Source: Octopus bimaculoides (taxonomy: Eukaryota). From it: a stretch of 42,780 nucleotides of DNA. The stretch covers positions 127,084 through 169,863 of the forward strand of contig NC_069007.1 in NCBI RefSeq assembly GCF_001194135.2. The letters are read 5' to 3'. The position numbers and the translations under genes are program-made. The notes under the pieces are model-generated. The model saw only the letters and a list, made by a program, of their open reading frames with translations, searched no databases and was not told the origin of the DNA. The stretch's first letter is position 1, and each line of letters opens with the position of its first letter. Positions 1 to 11,463 of the stretch are shown one piece after another.

Positions 1-977
1 AAAAAAAAAAAAAAAAAAAAAAAAAAGACTGCTTAACAGGAATAATTTTAGAAAGCTATGTTTACTTTAAAATTGACATCAAAACTAAATTATTATATTT
101 CAGCAGGCCACATTGCTGTATAAACTAATTTAATAACACAATTAACTAATGTCAATAAAATTAACAAGAAAATTAAAATTTGCAAACGGTTAAAAACCCT
201 CTTTAACCATAGCATAATCCCATTAGCTGGCTTCCACTAGTTTCAGCTACCATAATGATGTGTGTGTGTGTGTGTGTGTGTGTTTGCGTCATCGTCATTG
301 TATTTATGCTTGCTTTTTTCATGCAGGCATGGCTATGACGAAGAGTTATTGAGGCAAGATTCAACAGTTGGAAGCCTTTCCTGTCACCAACCCTTACTCA
401 CTGTTCATGCAAGATATTCTTATTCCACTGATCTTCACAAGAAACTGGTGCAAACTACGAGGAATAACAACTAAATTCTCTTCAAATTACATCCTATCTT
501 TTTACTAAAAATATCGAATGATTTGTCGACCGATGTAGTGATAGATACATGAAACAGATGGGATGGTCACAAATGTAATATCATTGATCATAGGTCAATA
601 CAATCGGAATTGTTCTGGAACTATGAACCATCAGCAAAAGCTTTTAGAAAACCAGGAAATCATTAAAAGGAGAGAAAAACAAACAAAAAAAAAATAGTGC
701 TAACGATAAGTGACAAACGATGGGAACCAAACACCCCACGGCTAATTTCATCAGCAAAAAACAACTACCAAAATATATAAAAAAAGAAAAAGAAAAAGAA
801 AACAACTGCAAAACTTTTCAAAATCTATAACATAAATCTGGAAGATGTCTTTAAGACTTTTAAAAAGCCACAAAATAATTAAATCTAGCTTCTAAAAGTA
901 GAAGATTATTTTATTACTATAACTATTACTATTATTATTATTATTCTCTTATGCTTTCTGCAATTCAGTTTATATCC

Positions 978-1016
<39 letters not shown>

Positions 1017-1526
1017 NNNNNNNNNNNNNNNNNNNNNNNNNNNNNNNNNNNNNNNNNNNNNNNNNNNNNNNNNNNNNNNNNNNNNNNNNNNNNNNNNNNN
1101 NNNNNNNNNNNNNNNNNNNNNNNNNNNNNNNNNNNNNNNNNNNNNNNNNNNNNNNNNNNNNNNNNNNNNNNNNNNNNNNNNNNNNNNNNNNNNNNNNNNN
1201 NNNNNNNNNNNNNNNNNNNNNNNNNNNNNNNNNNNNNNNNNNNNNNNNNNNNNNNNNNNNNNNNNNNNNNNNNNNNNNNNNNNNNNNNNNNNNNNNNNNN
1301 NNNNNNNNNNNNNNNNNNNNNNNNNNNNNNNNNNNNNNNNNNNNNNNNNNNNNNNNNNNNNNNNNNNNNNNNNNTGTTATTGGTGAAGATTAGGTTAAAG
1401 AATTTACTTTTAAAAACAGAAAAGAGCAACAAATTGCCATCCGACCCTCTGGCTAGAATCTCAATTCTGGTTAAATTCTATGTCAATTTTAAGTGACAAA
1501 GTCATTAATATGTTGGGAAACAGTAG

Positions 1527-1567
<41 letters not shown>

Positions 1568-1834
1568 TAGATGTGTATATATCTAAGTATGGTGAGAGAA
1601 AGAGCAAACAGAGGGGCGAGAAGAAAAGAAAGAAGAACAGCACCAACCGAAGACAGATTCGGCTGCATTAGGAACGTTACAAATCTTATTACAAGTTTTC
1701 CTTAAAGTGAATACAAATTGGAAATGTGTACGTGTAAGGCTTTGAGAGTGTGAATGTGTGTATACACACACACACATATATATATAAGTACGTATGTACA
1801 TATACATATATAGGTAAGTATGTATGTATATGCA

Positions 1835-1880
<46 letters not shown>

Positions 1881-1882
1881 AA

Positions 1883-2095
1883 TTCTTTTACTTGTTTCAG
1901 TCATTTGACTGCGGCTATGCTGGAGCAGCACCTTTAGTCGAACAAATCTATCGCAGGGCTTATTATTTGTAAGACTAGTACGCATTCCTGTCAGTCCATT
2001 TTGCTGAACTGCTAAGTTATGGGCACGTAAACACACCAATATTGGTTGTCAAGCGATGGAGGGGGTGGGGACAAACACAGACACACAAATGTATA
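1883..2095 (-). mobile_element. 3' half of tRNA/CORE-type SINE (family A), reverse orientation
   Basis: TGTTTCAGTCATTTGACTGCGGCTATGCTGGAGCA...GCTAAGTTATGGGCACGTAAACACACC is the reverse complement of the tail at 29288-29437; homologous copies at 7735-8040, 16728-16920 and 32660-32832. Confidence 0.8.
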
Positions 2096-2096
2096 C

Positions 2097-2134
<38 letters not shown>

Positions 2135-2169
2135 CTATTTATGTACACATTATTCATTCCAGTTCTCAA

Positions 2170-2256
2170 TTGGCAAACTGGCAGAATCATTAGCATTCCA
2201 GTCAAAATGCTTGGCAGCATTTTCTCCGGCTCTTATGTCCTGAGTTCAAACCTAGG
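2170..2256 (+). mobile_element. Degenerate tRNA-like SINE head fragment (family C)
   Basis: TGGCAAACTGGCAGAATCATTAGCA...GAGTTCAAA has A/B-box-like motifs; a related fragment lies at about 37705-37790. Confidence 0.45.
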
Positions 2257-2329
2257 CAATGGGTGAAAAGCAAAATAGGAATTTTAAAAGAAGTATGTAT
2301 AAAACTAGTTTTTAAATATCGAATGGTTA

Positions 2330-2400
2330 TTGGGGTCCATCAGAATAAAATAGGAATCAAAGGAGTCCAGAGGTTAAAAAAAAATGGTTTGAAACCACTG
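2330..2400 (+). mobile_element. Possible 3' end of a hAT/Charlie-like MITE
   Basis: Ends in GGTTTGAAACCACTG, the reverse complement of a CAGTGGTT-type terminus; a similar end GTTGAGGACCACTG is at 10477-10490. No matching 5' end or TSD was found. Confidence 0.3.
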
Positions 2401-2465
2401 TTCAAGATTTTAGTTAACACTCTTTGTAATAGAAAGATTTTAACATTTTTTACTGTCTCTGAAGT

Positions 2466-2800
2466 GGAGGCGCAATGGCCCAGTGGTTAGGGCAGCGGAC
2501 TCGTGGTCATAGGATCGCTGTTTCGATTCTCAGACCGGGCGTTGTGAGTGTTTATTGAGCGAAAACACCTAAAAGCTCCACGAGGCTCCGAAAGGGGATG
2601 GGGGCGAACCCTGCTGTACTCTTCCACCACAACTTTCTCTCACTCTTACTTCCTGTTTCTGTTATCCAAAGGGTCAGCCTTGTCACACACTGTGTCACGC
2701 CGAATGTCCCCGAGAACTATGTTAAGGGTACACGTGTCTGTGGAGTGCTCAGCCACTTGCACGTTAATTTCTCGAGCAGGCTGTTTCGTTGATCGGATCA
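2466..2800 (+). mobile_element. tRNA-derived SINE with conserved central domain (family D)
   Basis: A box TGGCCCAGTGG (2476-2486) and B-box-like GTTTCGATTC (2520-2529). The body ...GTGGAGTGCTCAGCCACTTGCACGTTAATTTCTCGAGCAGGCTG... is homologous to the reverse-strand copy at 41658-41840. The exact domain (Ceph/Nin/Deu type) cannot be assigned without a library search. Confidence 0.85.
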
Positions 2801-2807
2801 TTTTATC

Positions 2808-3200
2808 ATTTTATCTGATCAAATTCATCCTATGGTTGCGGAAGTATTTCTGGAGGGAAATGCAATCTTTCAGGAAGATAATGCACCGATTCACACAGCT
2901 AAAGTTGTTACTGAATAGCACGAGGAACATTCTAGTGAAGTTGAACGTCTTATCTGACCACCACAGTCCCCAGATCTTAATATTATTGAACATTTATGGT
3001 GCGTTTTAGAAAAACAAGTAAGGAGTCGATATCCTCCACCATCATCACTACAATAATTCCTTTGAAAACAATTCAAACTTTGTACGAGTCCATACCTCGT
3101 AGAATTCAAAGTGTAATTACTGCCAAAGGTGGTCCTACTCCATATTAAAATAAATTTGCTTGAAATTTTAAGGTGTTTCCCTTATTTTGTCCAATCCCTG
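2808..3200 (+). mobile_element. Tc1/mariner-superfamily transposon, 3' fragment with decayed transposase and right TIR
   Basis: Translates ILSDQIHPMVAEVFLEGNAIFQEDNAPIHTAKVVTE*HEEHSSEVERLI*PPQSPDLNIIEHLWCVLEKQVRSRYPPPSSLQ, then after a deletion/frameshift IPLKTIQTLYESIPRRIQSVITAKGGPTPY* (stop 3146-3148). Ends ...TGTCCAATCCCTG|TA, a Tc1-type terminus plus TA target. Confidence 0.92.
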
Positions 3201-3322
3201 TATATATATATCTATATATATATATATATATATATACATACATATATACACACACAGACATATATGTATCATCAGTGTTTATATATTCATGTGTGTGTGT
3301 GTATATATGTGTGTATATATAT

Positions 3323-3374
3323 ATCATCATCATCATCGTTTAACGTCCGCTTTCCATGCTAGCATGGGTTGGAC
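3323..3374 (-). mobile_element. Short 3' fragment of SINE-like repeat family E with (CAT)n tail
   Basis: CATCATCATCGTTTAACGTCCGCTTTCCATGCTAGCATGGGTTGGAC matches the copies at 7571 and 42590. Confidence 0.8.
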
Positions 3375-3385
3375 AGGGTTAGGGT

Positions 3386-3419
<34 letters not shown>

Positions 3420-3747
3420 TATCTACATACACACACACACACACACATATATGTGTGTGTATGTGTATATATATATGCTTATACTTATAGATATTTGCCT
3501 GTAATGATGCACAGGAAGATACATTCACACAAACACAAACAATGGTGTTTCCTTTGTTGTTCTGTTATAGATAAATTTTCCAATAATGTTTATTTTAATA
3601 GCCTTCAGTTTTACTTTGGTGGAAAATAAATTTACTCACATTTACATTTGATGGTTTTTATGTTTTATACTTTTATTGCAATGAATTCCCATCACAACAA
3701 CATTGTTTGCAGAAAAAGAAGTTTAGTTGCTCCCAATGCTCAGAATG

Positions 3748-4024
3748 GTTGTGTGGGGAGACGTTTGCTCCCCAACCAGATAGTTCTGGGTTCAGTCCCA
3801 CTGTGTAGCACCTTGGGCGGACCAAAACCTTGTGAGTGGATTTGGTAGATGGAAACTGAAAGAAGCCCAGCGTATACACATATATATATATATCTGTGTG
3901 TGCACATCTTTAAATCTATGTTTATGTTCCCCACCCTGCCACTTGACAACTGGTGTTGGTGTATTTACATCCTCATAGCTTAGCAGTTTGGAAAAAGAGA
4001 CCAATAGATTAAGTACCAGTCTTA

Positions 4025-4059
<35 letters not shown>

Positions 4060-4165
4060 AAAAAGAAAGAAAAAACATAAGTATTGGGGTTGATTTGTTT
4101 GACTAAAAATTCTTGAAAGTGGTGCCCCAGCATGACCACAATGAAACTAGTAAAAGATAAAATAA
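3748..4165 (+). mobile_element. Near full-length family A SINE (head, internal microsatellite, tail) with internal poly-A expansion
   Basis: Head GGGTTCAGTCCCACTGTGTAGCACCTTGGGC...GTGAGTGGATTTGGTAGATGGAAACTGAAAGAAGCCC, then (TA)n, then tail CTTGACAACTGGTGTTGG...CCCCAGCATGACCAC; A-run at about 4026-4075. Confidence 0.8.
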
Positions 4166-4557
4166 TTTCAGGTTCAATTGCACACACACACTTTTGACCA
4201 ATGTCTTGCCAGTGGACATCTGGTAAATAGAGACTGTGTAGAAGCTTGTCATGTGCGTGTGTGTATTTATTTTGATAATGTTTGTATAGTGTGTAGAAAG
4301 AATCCCCTTATATATAGACAGTATCATTATTTCTATATCTGCCATGAAAAACATGTCTAACCATTGAGCTGTTACTCACTTGAAAGTCCAAGGAATAAAA
4401 CCTCTTAGCATTCGGATCACTCTGCTAAATGTAATGCCTGATTGGTAGAGGTATTAGAACATGTTTTGTGATATTTGTTGCTCAGCTCAAAAAAGTGCTT
4501 CAGAAACACTTATCTATTCAACAGAAACATCTCCATCCCCATATGTTGTAGGCCTGT

Positions 4558-4559
<2 letters not shown>

Positions 4560-4621
<62 letters not shown>
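4560..4621. repeat. (AAT)n microsatellite
   Basis: About 20 perfect AAT units read directly. Confidence 0.95.
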
Positions 4622-4624
<3 letters not shown>

Positions 4625-4739
4625 TGATTTCGATGATGATAGTGGTGGTCACTCCCATCAATTTTGACGTATGAGTGTTTGAAGGAAAGGATTAAAAAAA
4701 AAAGATTAAAAACAGAAAAAAAAAAAAAGAAGAAGAAAG

Positions 4740-5350
4740 CTGTATCTGTTTGTGATGAATTCCTGAATGTAATTTGAGTCCAGGAATGGATTTTGCTATG
4801 AAGTCACAATGAGGACAAATGGTGATTTTGATTTTGTCTGGGAACCAGACAAAAGTGTTGGTTGGCTGCAAGATAAAATCCTGTTTATTGTAACTGTCTC
4901 TTCACCTCAAATTGCTTAGCTGCATCAGGACACACTTTGCACCATTCAGATAAGCAATAACTTCCCCAAAAATGTTAAATTAAGCTGAAAGGGTCCTTGT
5001 GATTGTTTCAACTTATCCCTATACCTTAGCAGCAGTCTTCCTTTACTGCAAAATTCTTCTGCTTCTTGGAAATACAAAAGAATTTTTGTACATTTGAACA
5101 ACATGTCCAGCCCTTCTGCAATGGATTGTCAGCAGAATGCTTTCAATATTGGAGCTGTCAAATTTCTCTAAAATGTTTTGGCCACCTGCTAATGTATCTT
5201 GTCATAAGAGACCTGATCCTGTAACACAATCCAGATAGTAAATATGACCACAGCCTCAAACAAACAAGCTGTATTCTTCGCAAGTGCCACTTGGTACAGA
5301 ACAACAATGAAGAGATATACTTGTGTCGTCATCATGTAAATAATGATGAC
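4740..5350 (-). mobile_element. Decayed RTE-clade (BovB-like) LINE, ORF2 C-terminus
   Basis: Minus-strand segments NIESILLTIHCRRAGHVVQM (5091-5150), GRLLLRYRDKLK (5005-5041), SEWCKVCPDAAKQFEVKR and terminal C2H2 finger ICPHCDFIAKSIPGLKLHSGIH (4755-4820) follow the order of the RTE ORF2 C-terminus; several stops and frameshifts. Confidence 0.8.
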
Positions 5351-6129
5351 GCCATCTACTCTTTTGAAACAGAAAATTTCATACAACTTTCATACAACAT
5401 ACTCCCATCTCTGCCTACATCCCTCTTTCTACTCCCATTCTATATTATGCTACTCCCCCCCCCCTCCTTTAATTCCGCCCAGTAAAGTTAGACTTCTGGA
5501 ATTCTCTTTTCTGCCCACAGATTCTCAGCAGCCTAGAAGCCTAGAAACATGCACATGTTTACAGCGTCATGCAAAGGCAGTGATGTGGGCACCAGTCACA
5601 GATGAACTCTGACCTCAGCAGGTCATGCAAACAGCTGCTTCATTGCTTACTAAACACACTGAAATGAATATAAAACAATTCAAGTACAGAGGAGTAATGG
5701 CGGTGTGGTGGGGGCAGGGTGAAGAAGGGTTCTAGCTAATGTCATGGCCTGTGTGTAAAGAAATGGGGGTGGGGCAAAAGTATAAGCAAGAGACTTTTGT
5801 TTCTTCTGCCTGTGTGTTCCGATACTAACCAGTGGGCAGGATGTATAAAGCTTGCGCCAGGCCAGCCTTCATGCACCACCCTCAAGTGACCCATCCTATC
5901 ATACAGCTGCAACAACTCTCTCTCTCTCTCTCTCTCTCTCTCATGCAACCACTTCTAAGGGCATGTGCCTCCTATTTAATAACCAAAATGTCTTTTTCCT
6001 TTTTAAGATATGTGTCATTTGGCTGCATGGAGATTGTCACATTGAATGCTGGTTTTGTTTAGCCCTTGGTAAGTCCCGATCTAGCAGATTTATGATCAAA
6101 GGTGCTCCAGCCATGACCACCCCCTCTTT

Positions 6130-6470
6130 TTATTCCCAACCAAATGGTTTCAGGTTCAGTCCCACTGTGGCTCCTTGGGCAACTATTTTCTACTATGGCC
6201 TCAGGTTGACCAAAGTCTTATGAGTGAATTCAGTATATGGAAACCAAAAGCAGCCCTTTGCACATGTGTGTGTGTGTGTGTGGGGGGGGCACTCCCCCAC
6301 TGCTTGACAACTGGTGCTGGTTAGTTTCTGTCCTCATGACTTAGCAATGCAGCAAAAGAGACTGATAGAATGAGTAACAAACTTTAAAACAAAAATAAAT
6401 AAATGGTGGGGTTTATTTGTTTAACTAAAACCCCAGCAATGGCTGCAATCCAATGACTGCTACAACGCAG
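6130..6470 (+). mobile_element. Diverged family A SINE (head, (TG)n, tail)
   Basis: CAGGTTCAGTCCCACTGTGGCTCCTTGGGCAAC head and TGCTTGACAACTGGTGCTGG tail are collinear with 3748-4165. Confidence 0.7.
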
Positions 6471-7570
6471 AAGATAAGTTGGTACACTTTCTTTATTAAT
6501 TTCTTTAAACATTTAAGACGGTGCGGGGTGGGGATGATGCATAGAAATGTCTAAAACGAAGTTCATAGTAATAGAGAAGAAGAAAATGCCTGAACACAGC
6601 TTTTGTTGGGTTCAAACAGATCTGTTGTTTTTTTTTATGAGAGTGGCTTTTGCAAAATTAAAGCAGAGAGTAGGTGGATGGATGATGGGGTGGGAAGTAA
6701 GAGAGTGCTGAAGTTGGAGACTGGTGATGTAGAGCTTCCCTCGTTGAGCACAGTTGTTGCTTATTTCCAACACAACATTATTCCACTTCTACTCATAAGT
6801 AACTGGAGAAGGTTATCAGTAACATAGTTTTTGTTAAAGCAACCCACCCTCATTCCTAAATATTACTGCACAGTCCATAGAATACAATATTTNNNNNNNN
6901 NNNNNNNNNNNNNNNNNNNNNNNNNNNNNNNNNNNNNNNNNNNNNNNNNNNNNNNNNNNNNNNNNNNNNNNNNNNNNNNNNNNNNNNNNNNNNNNNNNNN
7001 NNNNNNNNNNNNNNNNNNNNNNNNNNNNNNNNNNNNNNNNNNNNNNNNNNNNNNNNNNNNNNNNNNNNNNNNNNNNNNNNNNNNNNNNNNNNNNNNNNNN
7101 NNNNNNNNNNNNNNNNNNNNNNNNNNNNNNNNNNNNNNNNNNNNNNNNNNNNNNNNNNNNNNNNNNNNNNNNNNNNNNNNNNNNNNNNNNNNNNNNNNNN
7201 NNNNNNNNNNNNNNNNNNNNNNNNNNNNNNNNNNNNNNNNNNNNNNNNNNNNNNNNNNNNNNNNNNNNNNNNNNNNNNNNNNNNNNNNNNNNNNNNNNNN
7301 NNNNNNNNNNNNNNNNNNNNNNNNNNNNNNNNNNNNNNNNNNNNNNNNNNNNNNNNNNNNNNNNNNNNNNNNNNNNNNNNNNNNNNNNNNNNNNNNNNNN
7401 NNNNNNNNNNNNNNNNNNNNNNNNNNNNNNNNNNNNNNNNNNNNNNNNNNNNNNNNNNNNNNNNNNNNNNNNNNNNNNNNNNNNNNNNNNNNNNNNNNNN
7501 NNNNNNNNNNNNNNNNNNNNNNNNNNNNNNNNNNNNNNNNNNNNNNNNNNNNNNNNNNNNNNNATATATA

Positions 7571-7720
7571 TCATCATCATTGTTTAATGTCCGCTTTCCA
7601 TGCTAGCATGGGTTGGACGATTTGACTGAGGACTGGTGAAACCGGATGGCAACACCAGGCTCCAGTCTAATTTGGCAGAGTTTCTACAGCTGGATGCCCT
7701 TCCTAACGCCAACCACTCAG
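7571..7720 (-). mobile_element. Family E SINE-like repeat, low-divergence copy
   Basis: Differs from 42595-42744 by only 4 substitutions and 1 indel over about 150 bp. Confidence 0.85.
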
Positions 7721-7734
7721 CCATTAAACTACAA

Positions 7735-8040
7735 CCGTGCTGGAGCACTGCTTTGAAGAAGTCTATTCAAATGAATTGACATCTGTACTTTTATTTTTTA
7801 AGCCTGTTACTTATTCTATCAGTTTTTTTTGTTGAACTGTTAAGTTATGGGGATGTAAACACACCAACACCATCTGTCAAGCGGTGGGGGTGCAAACAAA
7901 GACACACAGAGATATTCTTTAATTTTGTTTCTTGTTTCAGTCATTTGACTGTGGCCATGCTGGAGCACTGCCTTTTTAGTTGAAGAAACCGACCCCAGGA
8001 CTTATTTTTTGTAAGCCAGGTATTTTTTCTATCAGTTGCT
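7735..8040 (-). mobile_element. Two adjacent family A SINE tail fragments
   Basis: GTGCTGGAGCACTGCTTT...GGGGATGTAAACACACC and TGTTTCAGTCATTTGACTGTGGCCATGCTGGAGCACTGCC each match the family A tail. Confidence 0.75.
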
Positions 8041-8410
8041 TTTGCCCCTGTTTGCATCATACCATATGACTCCATAACTGCACTACAGTACACCACAACA
8101 TAATTAGACAACATTACGCCATGCTACACCGAAACACAACACTACACAATAACCTTGGTCCACAACACTGTACAAGACAAAATATAGAAGTCTCTATTTA
8201 GTTAAACAATTGCAAGAAATAGCAATCAAATCCCCATTGCATTAGAATCTACTGTGTTAAACAAAGGATACATTAGATAATGTAGTCCTAGATCTATAAA
8301 TAAGACTAGATACTAGGCCATCTTTGATCACGGGCCTATTCCAACAGGGTTGACCTGGAGCTAAGGATCAACACTATGTGTGCACACACACACACACACA
8401 CAAATATCCA

Positions 8411-8461
<51 letters not shown>

Positions 8462-10095
8462 CATGCATACATGCCACATACTCCCCTGTAAGTAAAACTC
8501 AAGAGCACACATTTGCAATAATAAGCAAACACAAGAAATTGATGAGTAAATAAAAGGTTAATTAGCTAAAATAATGTAAATAATAATTATGCATAATTAT
8601 GTATGCATTCAGCATATATAATATACATTACTTAATTATACATAGATTTAGTCACAAGGGAATATGTACAAGAAAAGAATTTTGAGTTCACTGGTCACCA
8701 ACATTTCAGGTCTAAACTTAAAGGCTAAATTTACACATGTATATGATGTCTAAGTGAGACATACATAACCCCTAAATAAACCTTAAAGAACAAGTATCAC
8801 CAAAACAGAACCTTTTCATCTCACTCCCCAGTTATTAAAAACAACATTAGCAGAAGAGTCTCTAATTTCTTTCCTAAGAGAGGTCTTCAATGAAGCAACT
8901 CCATATTATGAGTGTTCTTTAGCAAATATCTCCAAAGATGAAATTAAACATATACAATGCACTTACCCAACTCTACCAATACCTAACCATAAAGATCAAT
9001 ATAACTAAATGTCTTTTTGGTGCTGGTAAATAAACACTTCCCTACCGATCACTATTACAGGAAAATTTTGAACAGAAGCTGCTTGAAGGTGCATTAGTGT
9101 TCAACTGCCAACAAGAAAAAACATCATAACACACAAACCACCAAGAGCAACAGAAACAAGATGCAGTATTTAAATATACTGAAGCATGCCCATTGAAACA
9201 ATCTTGCAATGTCAAGGCATAAATATACAAAATTGAAATTACCTCCATTAACCCAAGAGATCAGTTGGTTGTAAATATGACGTAGGAATGGTAGAGGGCA
9301 AATTCAAACAGTGGTACACCAGCAACACTGCTTCCTTTAGGCATATTGATTGATAAGAAATAAACCACAGCTTTGACTAATTAATTCTTGTAGCTGAAAG
9401 AGAGCAAGATCAGCTATAAAAATAAAACACAAGACCAAACATGGATGGCACAAGATGCTATTCATGCACAATGGAATAGAACATTATACCAAATAGCATC
9501 AAAAATTCAATAAAATATTCTAAATACAAGATCAAAGTTTTTCTGCAAGTGTTAAGACTTGAACAAGTTTCTGTAAAAATTTTGGAAGCTCATTTCAACA
9601 CTGGATTAAAAAAAAAAATATGCAGAACAACCAAAGCCATTGGTTCCAGCCAACATTTTCCTGCAGCCATGCTCATTACTGATTCTTACACACCAACCTG
9701 GACTACCATCCCTTTTATTGAAACAATAGACCAGTTGTGGAATCCATCATCTTGCAGATTCCATAGGAAGCAACCCAGTCTGATATATTCCCCTTCAGGA
9801 ATATAAATGCAAAATGCTCCATGAGCATTTAATGATAAGCAAAAATATTCATTCAGCAATTATCTACATGATTAATATAGAACAAAATTAAACAGGATGT
9901 GAGTGTGTGAGCATGGAGAAATTTGTTAGAGTTGCCATGACAAAATTCTGTTTCTGTCATCAAGACTCTTACTGGTTTTATCAGCACTTAATAGGTATAC
10001 ATAAATAAAGAAATATATTAAAATAAATATGTAGATATCAATATGTACATATATAATATTGTCAAGGGGAAAATATAACTACAACAGACAAGACC

Positions 10096-10129
<34 letters not shown>

Positions 10130-11384
10130 GGGCTAGAAGAAGAAGAAGTGGAAGAGAAATAGTGAATGCCCTTAAAATGTCAATTATATTTACTGTGTCT
10201 TTAGAATACATGGAATATTCAAATGTGTTATGCGTTGCCTAGGCTGGTACTAAGTTGTATCAGAAGGATTGAGGGAGATCAGCAGTTCTCAATGACAGCT
10301 CTCGGGGCCACATGCATCCCTCAGCCATCCTTCCAGCAGCCCCCCCACCCTTCCCCAACAGTGGTTTCCTCTCTAAGTATGATAGATTTTTCCTTAATTG
10401 ACATGTGTTTAATTCTGTTTGGTGCAGCTCCCTAAAAAAAAATCCAGGTTTTGGATCAGGCCTGGATATTAAAATCGTTGAGGACCACTGCCTGAGATCC
10501 TTGGATTTCAGTCCTTTTTCAATCCACACCACACAGAATATGACCCTAAAAAGTGTAGGAGCTTGACAACTTTATGATATCAAAAACAGAAAAAAACTAA
10601 GAACAAGTATTTGGAGGGATAAAGAAAACAAGAGGAGACACGAGAGACAGAAAGTCATTGAAGGGGTCACAGATTGTTTGATGAAAAAATCTATCACAAA
10701 TAAACTAACAAAGCTAAAGTGAAGATCAAATAAATGGTGCGTTTTGAACCTGCCAAAGATGACCATCCCTAAATATAACAATATCTGGCTTTTTTTTTTC
10801 CTGGTTCCAACTTACGGTTTCACATCAGGAATCTTGCAAAACAAACATAGACAAAGAAAAAAAAAGTCGAAATATATTTAATTTAAACAGTGAGACATGC
10901 ACACATTCACGTTTTAGCAATTAAGGCTGCATTGAAAGAATATCATATTCAATATATGGATAAATCTAATTAAATTTAATGTGAAAATGTAATTTGAAAT
11001 ATTAAACTCAACATAATTGCTACGTCCACTGTTCCTGAGTTGGTATATACCAGACAAGAGTTATTACGGAAGTATTATTTGCCAGATGCCCTCCCTGAAG
11101 TCTTATTTTCAAGTGACAGTATTTATTTTACTAGTTGTTGCATGTGAAACCACTTAGCTGCAGGACAGGAAGACACAGAAGCTCCCTAAATGGTGCCACC
11201 ACATAGACGAAATCAAAAAATAAAAGATTACATTGGTTTAGTGAAGGTAATTTTAACAGATATTATGCAAACCACCAGTCTTCTTTCTGACAAACTGCCA
11301 AAAATAAAGATATGAAGGTTAAGAGCACCTCCATAGATTTCAATGGAGAATCACAGAGAAATCTATGGCATGTGTAGACACTTG

Positions 11385-11463
11385 CCCAAGGTGCCATGCA
11401 GTGGGGCTGAACCTGGAACCATGCAGTCGGGAAGCAAGCTTCATACCACACAGCCATGTCTGC
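11385..11463 (-). mobile_element. Family A SINE head/CORE fragment
   Basis: AGACACTTGCCCAAGGTGCCATGCAGTGGGGCTGAACCTGGAACCATG...GGGAAGCAAGCTTC is the reverse complement of the head at 28121. Confidence 0.8.

Noticed and set aside
2466-2540. Apparent tRNA genes (also 26847-26915 and 41895-41965)
   Set aside because: A and B boxes are present, but there is no complete cloverleaf or acceptor stem and each continues into a repeat body; these are SINE heads.
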